This document shows positions 9,841 to 19,520 of a stretch of DNA of 64,000 nt, piece by piece. How positions within the stretch are numbered: the stretch's first letter is position 1; the number at the start of each line of letters is the position of its first letter. The notes below the pieces were generated by a model. It did no database searches. It was not told the origin of the DNA and was given only the letters and a program-made list of their open reading frames with translations. The stretch comes from Endomicrobiales bacterium (GTDB lineage Bacteria > Elusimicrobiota > Endomicrobiia > Endomicrobiales > JALOBY01): the NCBI GenBank assembly GCA_963796955.1, contig CAWCNJ010000002.1:19610-83609 (forward strand). Reading direction: 5' to 3'. The position numbers and the translations under genes are program-made.

Positions 9841-11099
9841 ACGACTTTTCCTCCGACTATGGTGGTTTCCGCAAGACCGTGCAGCGTGCGACCGGTGAAC
9901 GGCGAGTTACTGCTCTTTGAAATGAAATTCTCTATGATATGTTCGCGTTTCGGGTCTATTATCACGACGTCGCCGCGCGTTCCGGCGCTCAGCGAGCCCC
10001 GGTCCTTTAAACCAAAAATACGCGCGGGGTTCGCCGACATCCGTTCAATTGCCTGCGGCCAGGTCAGTACTTTGGTGTTTATCAGTTCGCTGATAACCAG
10101 CGGCAGCATGGTCTCAAGGCCGATAATACCGAACGGGGCAAGGTCGTATTCCTTATTCTTTTCTTCTTCGGTGTGCGGCGCATGGTCGGTCGCGATGCAG
10201 TCTATGGTCCCGTCGGCGATGCCTTTCTTGATAGCCTTAACGTCATCGGCGGTGCGCAGGGGCGGGTTCATTTTAGAATTCGTGTTGTAGCCGATCACAG
10301 CCTCGTCGGTAAGCGTGAAGTAATGGGGGCAGGTTTCAGCTGTTACGTTAAGTTTATTCTTTTTGGCCCTGCGTACCAGTTCAACGGAACCGGCCGTGGA
10401 AATATGCGCCACATGCAGGTGACCGCCGGTCAACCCGGCAAGCATAATGTCGCGGCCCACCATGATCTCTTCCGCCTGGCGCGGTATGCCGCGCAGGCCA
10501 AGGCGCGTGGAGGTCTCGCCCTCGTTCATCACGCCGCCTTTTGAGAGATCTTTATCTTCGCAGTGCGCGATGACCGGCAGCTTGAACATCTTGGTATATT
10601 CCAGCGCCCGGCGCATGACCATGGCATTCATTACGGGCATGCCGTCGTCTGATACGGCAACGACACCGGCTTTTTTCAGTATGCCGATCTCGGCGAGTTC
10701 AGCGCCCTCGGAACCTTTCGTTATGCAGCCGATCGGATGAACGTTAATAATGCCCTCTTTCTGGGCTTTGAGCAGTATATATTCCACGGCAGGCGCGTTA
10801 TCCAGGGGCGGGTGTGTGTTGGGCATGCAAAACAAGGTGGTAACACCGCCGGCCGCAGCGGCGCAGGAGCCCGTCGCGATAGTTTCTTCCTCTTCATGGC
10901 CCGGCTCGCGCAGGTGGGCATGCACATCAATAAGACCGGGAACCACTATCTTTCCTGATGCATCTATTACTTTATCGGCTTTTTCCGTAATACGCGGCTT
11001 AACCGCCGAGATCTTTCCGTTAACTATCAGGACATCCGCTTTACCGTTGACTTTATTTGCCGGATCCACGACGTGGCCGTTTTTAATTAATAATTTCAT
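9810..11099 (-). CDS. pyrC: Dihydroorotase
   Basis: DVHAHLREPG, MPNT, ATDHAPH. Confidence 0.96.
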   Translation of the reverse strand: MKLLIKNGHVVDPANKVNGKADVLIVNGKISAVKPRITEKADKVIDASGKIVVPGLIDVHAHLREPGHEEEETIATGSCAAAAGGVTTLFCMPNTHPPLDNAPAVEYILLKAQKEGIINVHPIGCITKGSEGAELAEIGILKKAGVVAVSDDGMPVMNAMVMRRALEYTKMFKLPVIAHCEDKDLSKGGVMNEGETSTRLGLRGIPRQAEEIMVGRDIMLAGLTGGHLHVAHISTAGSVELVRRAKKNKLNVTAETCPHYFTLTDEAVIGYNTNSKMNPPLRTADDVKAIKKGIADGTIDCIATDHAPHTEEEKNKEYDLAPFGIIGLETMLPLVISELINTKVLTWPQAIERMSANPARIFGLKDRGSLSAGTRGDVVIIDPKREHIIENFISKSSNSPFTGRTLHGLAETTIVGGKVVWNIEDGITY

Positions 11100-12034
11100 A
11101 ATGACCCTTGATTTTTATTTTTACTGCCGAGCAAATAAAGGACGGCCATTCTCACCGCAATGCCGTTGGTAACCTGTTCGTTGATGACCGCGTTGGCGCT
11201 GTCAGCGACTTCCGAGGATATTTCTATGCCGCGGTTCATGGGGCCGGGGTGCATGACCATAACATCCGGCTTGGCATGGCGCAGCCGTTCGGCAGTCATC
11301 TGGTAGAACTCTATGTATTCGTGAACCGACGGGAAGAGGTTATCTTTCTGTCGTTCCAGCTGGATGCGCAGTATATTAACGACATCCACACCCTTCAGAG
11401 CTTCGTCCAGGTCATAAAAAACTTTAACACCCATGCGCTCGATATCGGGCGGGATCAGTGTCGCCGGCCCCACGACCCGCACCTGCGCGCCCATTTTTGT
11501 AAGGGCATGTATATTAGAGCGCGCCACGCGGCTGTGCAGTATGTCGCCTACCAGCAGGACTTTTAAACCTTCGACATTTTTCTTCTTTTCGATTATCGTG
11601 AACAGGTCCAGCAACCCCTGCGTCGGGTGTGCGTGAAAACCGTCGCCGGCGCTGATAATGGAGGCGTTGAGATTGCGGGCAAGCACCGCCGGGGCGCCGG
11701 CCATACTGTGGCGGATGATTATCAGGTCGGCCTTCATGGCCTCCATGGTCTTGCCGGTGTCTATAAGCGACTCGCCCTTCACCACACTGGAAGTGGCGAC
11801 CGAGATATTTACGACGTCGGCGGAAAGGCGTTTGCAGGCGATCTCAAAAGAGGTGCGCGTGCGGGTTGATGGTTCGTAAAAAAGATTGACGACGGTTTTT
11901 CCCCGCAGGGTAGGCACTTTTTTAATGGATCGGGTGAACAGGCTTTTGAAGGGGCGGGCGGTCTGCAATATCAATTCGATCTCGGCTTTGTCCAGGTACT
12001 CTATGCCAAGCAGGTCCTTGCTTTTAAGCATCAT
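11096..12034 (-). CDS. pyrB: Aspartate carbamoyltransferase
   Basis: FYEPSTRTRTSF, HPTQ, HPGP. Confidence 0.97.
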   Translation of the reverse strand: MMLKSKDLLGIEYLDKAEIELILQTARPFKSLFTRSIKKVPTLRGKTVVNLFYEPSTRTRTSFEIACKRLSADVVNISVATSSVVKGESLIDTGKTMEAMKADLIIIRHSMAGAPAVLARNLNASIISAGDGFHAHPTQGLLDLFTIIEKKKNVEGLKVLLVGDILHSRVARSNIHALTKMGAQVRVVGPATLIPPDIERMGVKVFYDLDEALKGVDVVNILRIQLERQKDNLFPSVHEYIEFYQMTAERLRHAKPDVMVMHPGPMNRGIEISSEVADSANAVINEQVTNGIAVRMAVLYLLGSKNKNQGSL

Positions 12035-12058
12035 CGCAATAATCCTCTATAAACCCGT

Positions 12059-12634
12059 TTATTTTGCCGTCAGAATCACTTGTTCGCGGCCGACGGTTTC
12101 CATGAGCTCTACCATAACAGTGTCTTTCAATCCAGTCGGGTATGACATGCCCACGTAGTCAGCCTTAATGGGCAATTCCCGGTGGCCTTCACGATCTATG
12201 ATCACCGCCAGTTGAATACTTTGCGGCCTGCCCATGTCCATCAAGCCGTCCAGCGCCGCACGCGTGCTGCGGCCGGTATAGAGCACATCGTCAACCAGTA
12301 CTATTTTCTTGCCGGTAACATCGAAGGGTATGTCGGTCTCTTTCAGCGCCAGCGGGTTAGCGCGGGTGTTTATGTCATCGCGGTACAACGCGATGTCCAT
12401 GATGCCGAAGGGAACATCTTTTTTAAGTTCGGCGTAGCCGGCTTCGGCGTAGCCGGCCTCGGCGCGGGCCGCCGAGCGGATCTCTTTGACGATACGCTTG
12501 CCGATGATCACCCCGCGGCTTTGAATTCCCACGATCGCCAGGTCTTTTGAACCGTTGTTCTTTTCTATTATCTCATGGGCCAATCGCTTAATGGTGCGCG
12601 CGAGGGCCTCTTTGTTCATCAATATTTTTTTCAT
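12059..12634 (-). CDS. pyrR: PyrR bifunctional regulator/UPRTase
   Basis: RLAHEIIEKN, DIALYRDD, LVDDVLYTGRS, HRELPI. Confidence 0.95.
   Translation of the reverse strand: MKKILMNKEALARTIKRLAHEIIEKNNGSKDLAIVGIQSRGVIIGKRIVKEIRSAARAEAGYAEAGYAELKKDVPFGIMDIALYRDDINTRANPLALKETDIPFDVTGKKIVLVDDVLYTGRSTRAALDGLMDMGRPQSIQLAVIIDREGHRELPIKADYVGMSYPTGLKDTVMVELMETVGREQVILTAK
12428..12464. repeat. In-frame 15-bp tandem repeat inside pyrR (AEAGY x2)
   Basis: ttcggcgtagccggc twice plus a partial third copy. Confidence 0.85.
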
Positions 12635-13164
12635 GGTTTAGCCTGCTCCAGATACTTGTGGATGCCCAGGCTTTGCAGGCGTTTATCTTTTTCTATGATA
12701 GCGTCGCCGGTCTTCTTGCGGTAGGCGCTCATTTTCGCGCGAAGGGAAACATCTTTTACCGAAAGTATCTGCACCGCAAGCACCGCGGCATTTTTCGCGC
12801 CGGGTTTTCCGATAGCGACCGTGGCTACCGGTATGCCCGGGGGCATTTGCACTATGGAATAAAGAGCGTCCACACCGCCAAGATTTTTGCTTTCTATGGG
12901 AATACCTATGACCGGCAGTACGGTTTCAGAGGCAACGACACCCGGCAGGGCCGCAGCCATACCGGCGGCGGCGATGAACACTTCGGCGCCGTTCTTCTCT
13001 GACTGGCGAATGAATTTCTTTACTTTTTCGGGTGTACGGTGGGCGGAGCCTACAGCGACGGCATATTTTACATCGAAGCTTTCAAGCAGTTTTATGGTCT
13101 CGGCGACCACGGGCAGGTCTGTATCGGAACCAACGATGATCGCGACTTTGATCTTATCGGTCAT
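12631..13164 (-). CDS. purE: N5-CAIR mutase / AIR carboxylase
   Basis: GSDTD, SAHRTP, SIVQMPPGIPVATV. Confidence 0.96.
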   Translation of the reverse strand: MTDKIKVAIIVGSDTDLPVVAETIKLLESFDVKYAVAVGSAHRTPEKVKKFIRQSEKNGAEVFIAAAGMAAALPGVVASETVLPVIGIPIESKNLGGVDALYSIVQMPPGIPVATVAIGKPGAKNAAVLAVQILSVKDVSLRAKMSAYRKKTGDAIIEKDKRLQSLGIHKYLEQAKP

Positions 13165-14438
13165 GGTATTGCCTTTTTCCCTATGTCCTTGCGATACTGC
13201 ATTCCGTCGAAATATACCGGTTTTACCGCAGCATACGTCAGTTTTATCGCTTCAGAGATGTTGTTTCCCAGGCCGGTCACCGCAAGCACCCTGCCGCCAT
13301 TGGTAACTATCTGCCCGTCTTTCTCCGCTGTTCCGGCGTGAAAGACTATGACATCTTTTATTATCGAAGCTTCGGGCAAACCGGTTATTGCCATGCCTTT
13401 TTCGTAATCCCCGGGATATCCTCCCGATGCCAGAACCACGCTTACCGCAGACCTATTATACCATTCTAGCGGTTGTTTGTCTAACTGACCTGAGACAACG
13501 GCAACGGCGATATCGATAAGATCGGTCTTAAGCAGCGGCAATACTACCTCGGTCTCCGGATCGCCGAAGCGGCAATTGAATTCTATGACGAACGGATCGC
13601 CTTCTTCTGTTATCATCAAACCCGCGTACAGGACGCCTTTATAAACGATCCCTTCCTTCGCAAGCCCGGCGAGCATCGGCTTGATGATACGTTCTTCGAC
13701 TTTTTTAAGGACCTCCGGTGAAGCGACGGGCGCCGGCGCGTACGCACCCATACCGCCGGTATTCGGTCCCTCATCATTATCAAAGATGCGTTTATGGTCC
13801 TGGGCAGGCGCCATGATGGAATATTTGCTGCCTGATACGAACAACATGACCGAGGCTTCCTCGCCGTGAAGGAACTGTTCTATCACAACCTCTTTGCCGG
13901 CAGCGCCGAAAGCCTTATCGTCCATCACCTGTTTTACGGCGGCCAGAGCATCGCCTTTTGACATACAGACCAGCACGCCTTTACCGGCCGCCAGGCCGTC
14001 TGCCTTAACCACCAGAGGGCAGGTGTCCGGATGATCGTTGATATATTTTATCGCGGAGGCCGAATCGGCAAAGACATCGTAATCCGCGGTCGGCACCCCA
14101 TACTTCTTCATGACGTGCTTTGAAAAAACCTTGCTGGCTTCCAGTTGGGCCGCCGCCTTGTTAGGCCCGAAAATCTTGAGGCCGCGATTGTCAAAATAAT
14201 CAACGATGCCTTCAGACAACGGCACTTCAGGGCCGACGATGGTGAGGTCGATATTTTTATTGGTCGCGAAATCGCCGATGGCGTTAAAATCCGTCAGTTT
14301 AATATCCACACATTCGGCAAGCGTAGCAATACCGGCGTTGCCGGGAATGCAATACACCGACTTTACCTTCGGGCTTTGTCTTATTTTCCAGACGATGGCG
14401 TGTTCACGCCCGCCGGAACCAAGTACCAGGACATTCAT
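13161..14438 (-). CDS. purD: Phosphoribosylamine-glycine ligase
   Basis: GSGGREHA, KADGLAAGKGV, RFGDPE. Confidence 0.97.
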   Translation of the reverse strand: MNVLVLGSGGREHAIVWKIRQSPKVKSVYCIPGNAGIATLAECVDIKLTDFNAIGDFATNKNIDLTIVGPEVPLSEGIVDYFDNRGLKIFGPNKAAAQLEASKVFSKHVMKKYGVPTADYDVFADSASAIKYINDHPDTCPLVVKADGLAAGKGVLVCMSKGDALAAVKQVMDDKAFGAAGKEVVIEQFLHGEEASVMLFVSGSKYSIMAPAQDHKRIFDNDEGPNTGGMGAYAPAPVASPEVLKKVEERIIKPMLAGLAKEGIVYKGVLYAGLMITEEGDPFVIEFNCRFGDPETEVVLPLLKTDLIDIAVAVVSGQLDKQPLEWYNRSAVSVVLASGGYPGDYEKGMAITGLPEASIIKDVIVFHAGTAEKDGQIVTNGGRVLAVTGLGNNISEAIKLTYAAVKPVYFDGMQYRKDIGKKAIP

Positions 14439-14446
14439 TATTTTTC

Positions 14447-15793
14447 CTATTTGATAACGTATTTATCGGTGAAACACGCCCGGCAGAAATCATCGGCGCG
14501 CATGTCGGAGGCCTTCAGCATGCCGTTGACGCTCAGGTAATGAAGGCTGTCCACCTGCATATATTTGCGGGTTTCTTCAACCGTATTCTGGGCCGCTATC
14601 AATTCACTCTTGTTGGGCGTATCGATCCCGTAAAAACACGGGGCGATGACCGGCGGAGAGGATATGGCAAGGTGCACTTCCTTAGCGCCGGCGTCCCGTA
14701 TCATCTTGACCAATTTGCGCATCGTGGTGCCGCGCACAATGGAATCATCAACGACCACAACCCTTTTACCGCGCAGCAGTTCTTTAACCGGATTATACTT
14801 TATCTTGGCGCCGAAATCACGGATGTGCTGGCTGGGTTCAATGAAAGTTCTGCCGATATAGTGGTTGCGGATAAGGCCGGTATCGTAGGGGATACCGGAA
14901 GCGTGGCTGAAACCGATGGCGGCGCTGTTGGCGGAATCCGGCACGCCGATAACCACATCGCCTTTCAGGCCTTTCGCCAGGCATTCGTAGGCAAGGTTCG
15001 CGCCCAGCTGGCGGCGCACGGCGAGCACGGACTTACCGTATATCATGCTGTCGGGACGCGAAAAATATATGAATTCAAAAATACACATCGCCTGCTTGCT
15101 CTTTGCCTTGGCAAAGCGCCGCGATTTTAAACCGTTCTTATCGATTATGACCATTTCCCCCGGCTCAACGTCCCGGACGTATTCCGCGCCGATAAGGTCC
15201 AGGGCGCAGGTTTCGGAAGCCAAAACCCAGCCGCTGCCGATCTTGCCGATGCACAGAGGGCGGAAACCGTACGGGTCGCGCACCGCGATCATTTTAGATG
15301 GCGACAGGAAGATCATGGAGAAAGCGCCCTTGAGCTTTGAAAGGGCGTATTCTATGCCCTGCTCTATGGGCTTACCGTTCGTATGCGCGATAAGATGGAG
15401 TACGACAGCCGTATCAGAGGTCGCCTGGAATATGGAACCTTTCTTTTCCAGTTTTTCGCGCCATTCATCAGAGTTCACCAGGTTGCCGTTATGGGCAAGC
15501 GCCAGATAACCCTTCATGAATTTTATCACCAGCGGTTGGGCGTTCTTTATATTGCTGACGCCGGTCGTAGAATAGCGAACGTGGCCGACAGCCGTGTTAC
15601 CTATAAGCTTTGCTAAATTCGTTTCGTTGAAAACAGCGGAAACCTCCCCCATGTGAACTTCAGAATATATCTTTTCACCGTCGGTAGAAGCAATGCCGGC
15701 GCTCTCCTGCCCGCGATGCTGCAACGCATATAGCCCAAGGTACGTAAGTTTTGCCGCATCCGGATGATTAAATATCCCAAAAACTCCGCACAT
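14447..15793 (-). CDS. purF: Amidophosphoribosyltransferase
   Basis: N-terminal MCG, LQHRGQ, VVDDSIVRGTT, Fe-S cysteines. Confidence 0.97.
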   Translation of the reverse strand: MCGVFGIFNHPDAAKLTYLGLYALQHRGQESAGIASTDGEKIYSEVHMGEVSAVFNETNLAKLIGNTAVGHVRYSTTGVSNIKNAQPLVIKFMKGYLALAHNGNLVNSDEWREKLEKKGSIFQATSDTAVVLHLIAHTNGKPIEQGIEYALSKLKGAFSMIFLSPSKMIAVRDPYGFRPLCIGKIGSGWVLASETCALDLIGAEYVRDVEPGEMVIIDKNGLKSRRFAKAKSKQAMCIFEFIYFSRPDSMIYGKSVLAVRRQLGANLAYECLAKGLKGDVVIGVPDSANSAAIGFSHASGIPYDTGLIRNHYIGRTFIEPSQHIRDFGAKIKYNPVKELLRGKRVVVVDDSIVRGTTMRKLVKMIRDAGAKEVHLAISSPPVIAPCFYGIDTPNKSELIAAQNTVEETRKYMQVDSLHYLSVNGMLKASDMRADDFCRACFTDKYVIK

Positions 15794-15802
15794 AGTTGAC
15801 TC

Positions 15803-16576
15803 CTATTTCACATACGCTACAGCGTTAACGAACATCTGCAAACCCCAGCCAAATTCATTTTTCGGCTGCCCGATCTTCGAAGGATGCTGCAAAGCATAGA
15901 CATACCGTTCCGGGTGGGGCATAAGGCCGAAAACATTCCCCTTCTTATTGCTGATACCGGCAATAGCATTAACCGCACCGTTGGGGTTAAGCGGATAGGC
16001 AGCAGGTTTCCCTGATTTGTCGACGTACCTGAAAGCGACCATATTGTTCTTCTCCAGATCGCTGAGTGTTTTTTTAGTGCCGGCAAGAAATTTTCCCTCG
16101 CCGTGGGCTACCGGCAGCTGGATGACAGGCGGAAGGCCCTTAACCCAGAAACTTTTATTTTTTTTGTTGGCGCCAAGATTTATCCAGCGGCACTCGAATT
16201 TGTCCGAATCATTAAAGGTCAGGGTTGTTGTCTGGGAGAAAGAAACTTCGTCCGGCAGCAGGCCCATTTTAACCAAAACCTGAAATCCGTTGCAGATGCC
16301 TATAACAGGTTTCCCGTCAGAGGCGAATTTTTGGATATGTGCGCCGAGCTTATTTTTAAGCTCGTTGGCCAATATCTTTCCTGAAGCTATATCGTCACCG
16401 TAAGAAAACCCGCCGGGCACGGCCATGATCTGATAATCAGCCAGTTTTACCTCGCCCGATATCAGGCGGTTAATATGCACCCGCTCCGCTTTCGCGCCAG
16501 CCAGTTCGAAGGCTGCCGCCGTCTCATAATCGCAGTTAGTTCCAGCAGTCCTCAGTATGATCGCTTTAGGTGCCAT
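15803..16576 (-). CDS. purQ: FGAM synthase glutaminase subunit
   Basis: GTNCD, PGGFSYGD, GICNGFQ, MPHPER. Confidence 0.96.
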   Translation of the reverse strand: MAPKAIILRTAGTNCDYETAAAFELAGAKAERVHINRLISGEVKLADYQIMAVPGGFSYGDDIASGKILANELKNKLGAHIQKFASDGKPVIGICNGFQVLVKMGLLPDEVSFSQTTTLTFNDSDKFECRWINLGANKKNKSFWVKGLPPVIQLPVAHGEGKFLAGTKKTLSDLEKNNMVAFRYVDKSGKPAAYPLNPNGAVNAIAGISNKKGNVFGLMPHPERYVYALQHPSKIGQPKNEFGWGLQMFVNAVAYVK

Positions 16577-16586
16577 ATATATTCCT

Positions 16587-19025
16587 TTACCAGGCAAGGC
16601 GGCTGCGCCAGGCGGATTTTAGGGCCGACAGTTTCTCTTTTATAACTGCTTTACCATTTTTTCCGTTCATCAATACGGTGTCGGTATTATTGACAGAGCC
16701 GATGCAGGAGACAACCGCGCCGGCCATTGCTTTTTCAAAGGCCTGGCTGTTCTTCTTAGATACTTCGACGACAAAGCGGCTGTTGGATTCCGAGAAGAGC
16801 AATTCTATATCGGTAAGTTCGGGCATCGCACTTACCATGCCAAGTTCTATCTCAACACCCTTATTGCCGGCAAAAGCCATTTCAGCGACCGCCACGGCAA
16901 GGCCGCCTTCTGAGCAGTCATGGGCGGATTCAATAAGGCCTTTGCCGATAGCCTGATGCAGCGACTTCATTGCGGACAGGGCGTTATAGGGGTCAACCTT
17001 CGGCAAAATGCCGCCGTTGATCTTTTTGAGTTTCGCATAATGAGAGCCGCCCAGTTCGTCCTTTGTCGCACCGATCACGTACAGCAGGTTATCGGCCTTC
17101 TTCAGGTCCATCGTGCGGGCGGCCCTGACATCCGGCACGATCCCCATCGCCGATATAAGCAGCGAGGGCGGGATAGAATACGATTTGCCTTTCACTTCAT
17201 ATTCATTATGCAGGGAATCTTTGCCTGAAATGAACGGAACACCATACGCCATTGCCATATCGTAACACGCATCGGCGGCGCGCACCAGGGAGCCAAGCAC
17301 TTCCGTGCGATAAGGGTTTCCCCAGCAGAAATTATCGAGCACAGACATCTGTTCAGGATCAGCGCCGACGCAGACAGCGTTCCTCAGGGCCTCGTCCACA
17401 GCAGAGGCGGTCATCCAATAGGCATCTATTTTACCATACTCCGGGTTCATTCCGTTAGACAAAACGACGCCTTTATATTTGTTTACTCCGGACTCCGGTC
17501 TTCGGACTCCGGACTGCCTCACCGCATACGGCCAGATAACAGCCGCATCACCCGGACCCTGCGCGGTTATATCGCTGCCGTGGAACGGCTTAATTACCGT
17601 CTGGCCCATAACTTCGTGATCGTATTGGCGCACGATCCATTCTTTGGAACAAATATTGAGCATGCCGAGCAACTCTTTAAGATCGGAACCCGGCCTGGAA
17701 GAACTCTTTTTGAGTGCCGCAACGGAGATCGGCTTATCGGCCTTCACCGTCCAGGTAGCGATGTTCTTTACCTTGGGTACACCTTTATGCAGAAACGCCA
17801 TCTTCATATCGGCAACGGTCTCGCCGTTATACAAGAGCTTCAATGTATGATCGTTCGTGAATTCACCGATAAAAGTGGCTTCGACATTTTCCTGTTCGAA
17901 AACACGCAATATACGTTCTTTATTTTCAGGCTGCACGGCAAAGACCATACGTTCCTGAGCTTCCGAAACCCATATCTCCCACGGCGCAAGCCCCTGATAT
18001 TTAAGCGGTATCTTATCCAAATGTACTACCACGCCGCATTCTTCCCCGAGTTCCCCTACCGCCGAGGAAAGGCCGCCGGCGCCGCAGTCCGTAAGGCCGC
18101 GGTAGAGCCCCAGGTCCCTGGCCTGCAAAAGGGTATCCAAAACTTTTTTCTCAATTATGGGGTTGCCTATCTGGACGGCGCTGACATCGCTCTGGTCGTC
18201 CAGCTTAATGGATGAGAAAGTTGCGCCATGAATACCGTCGCGCCCGGTACGCCCGCCCACGACCAGCACAAGATCGCCCGGTTTGACATCTTTGAAAGCC
18301 ATTTTCTTAGGGATAATACCCATGGTGCCGCAATATACCAGGGGGTTAGAAGTGTATGCCGGATCGAAAAAGACGGCACCGTTAACCGTCGGTATGCCCA
18401 TGCGGTTGCCGTAATCGCGCACACCGGAAACAACACCCTTGGCGATCCGCTTTGGATGCAGCATGCCTTTTGGCAGTGTTTTCCACGACATATCCGGCTC
18501 ACCGAAACAAAACACATCGGTATTCGCAAGCGGCTTCGCCCCAAGGCCTACACCCATGATATCGCGAATAACGCCGCCGATACCCGTCGCCGCGCCGCCG
18601 TACGGCTCAAGCGCTGAAGGGTGGTTGTGGGTCTCCACTTTAAAAGCTATGCCGTTTTCATCGTCAAAATCGATCACTCCGGCGTTATCCTTGAATACCG
18701 AGATGCACCAGGGCTTATTAAGTTCCTGTGTAGCGCGGAACACCGTTTCTTTTAAAAGGTTTTGATAGGTTTTAACGGTTTCTTTTCCGTCAACATCGGT
18801 CTCCCTATATTCCACAACACCGGTAAGCGTTTTATGCTTGCAATGTTCGCTCCAGGTCTGGGCGATGGTCTCAAGTTCCACATCCGTCGGGTTGCGTTTT
18901 TCTTTCTTAAAGTATTCCTGCACCGCTTTCATCTCCACCAGCGAAAGCGAAAGCACATTTTTTTTGCTCAACGCCACCAGTTGTTCGTCAGTTGCTTTCA
19001 ATAATTCTATCGTGTTCACATTCAT
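16587..19025 (-). CDS. purL: FGAM synthase subunit PurL
   Basis: WSEHCKH, ETHNHPS, DCGAGG, SEAQERM. Confidence 0.97.
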   Translation of the reverse strand: MNVNTIELLKATDEQLVALSKKNVLSLSLVEMKAVQEYFKKEKRNPTDVELETIAQTWSEHCKHKTLTGVVEYRETDVDGKETVKTYQNLLKETVFRATQELNKPWCISVFKDNAGVIDFDDENGIAFKVETHNHPSALEPYGGAATGIGGVIRDIMGVGLGAKPLANTDVFCFGEPDMSWKTLPKGMLHPKRIAKGVVSGVRDYGNRMGIPTVNGAVFFDPAYTSNPLVYCGTMGIIPKKMAFKDVKPGDLVLVVGGRTGRDGIHGATFSSIKLDDQSDVSAVQIGNPIIEKKVLDTLLQARDLGLYRGLTDCGAGGLSSAVGELGEECGVVVHLDKIPLKYQGLAPWEIWVSEAQERMVFAVQPENKERILRVFEQENVEATFIGEFTNDHTLKLLYNGETVADMKMAFLHKGVPKVKNIATWTVKADKPISVAALKKSSSRPGSDLKELLGMLNICSKEWIVRQYDHEVMGQTVIKPFHGSDITAQGPGDAAVIWPYAVRQSGVRRPESGVNKYKGVVLSNGMNPEYGKIDAYWMTASAVDEALRNAVCVGADPEQMSVLDNFCWGNPYRTEVLGSLVRAADACYDMAMAYGVPFISGKDSLHNEYEVKGKSYSIPPSLLISAMGIVPDVRAARTMDLKKADNLLYVIGATKDELGGSHYAKLKKINGGILPKVDPYNALSAMKSLHQAIGKGLIESAHDCSEGGLAVAVAEMAFAGNKGVEIELGMVSAMPELTDIELLFSESNSRFVVEVSKKNSQAFEKAMAGAVVSCIGSVNNTDTVLMNGKNGKAVIKEKLSALKSAWRSRLAW
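17485..17519. repeat. Heptamer tandem repeat (ACTCCGG) inside purL
   Basis: actccgg actccgg tcttcgg actccgg actgcct, encoding RQSGVRRPESGV. Confidence 0.75.
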
Positions 19026-19049
19026 CTAAGGGATTCCTTATTTAAACGA

Positions 19050-19520
19050 TTATTGGATCGAGTATTCCTGCACCATGGGATTGGCCAGGAGTTTTTCGGC
19101 GATTTGTTTGACGGTGGACACCGCGGCGGAGCCTACCACGGTGAATTTATGGCCGGTCTTGACCTTCAGAGGAGCGTTTATGCCGAGGTCTTTTACGGCT
19201 TTTTGAACGCTTTCGGCAACGGTGTCGGTAACGCCGTTCTTCAGCCAGACCTCAATAATATGCTCGCCTTTCGCCGGTTTAATTTTACCGGCCGCCTCAA
19301 GTGTGTCGGCGGCATATTCTTCCGTAATAGGGTCAATAAGCAGCTCGGAAGCGATACGGGTTACGTCAAGTCCCGTAACATCGCCGTCGATCTTATAGAC
19401 CGTGCAATATCTTACTTTTGAAACACCGGCAATACCGATATCCTTTACGTCATGGCAGACATGTTCACCGTGCTTGTCAGGAAAACCTTTTTGATTGCTT
19501 ACTTCGATCCTGTAGATCAT
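19050..19520 (-). CDS. purS: PurS with two tandem domains
   Basis: Two ~75-aa halves ending ELLIDPITEEY and KLLANPMVQEY; adjacent to purL. Confidence 0.85.
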   Translation of the reverse strand: MIYRIEVSNQKGFPDKHGEHVCHDVKDIGIAGVSKVRYCTVYKIDGDVTGLDVTRIASELLIDPITEEYAADTLEAAGKIKPAKGEHIIEVWLKNGVTDTVAESVQKAVKDLGINAPLKVKTGHKFTVVGSAAVSTVKQIAEKLLANPMVQEYSIQ

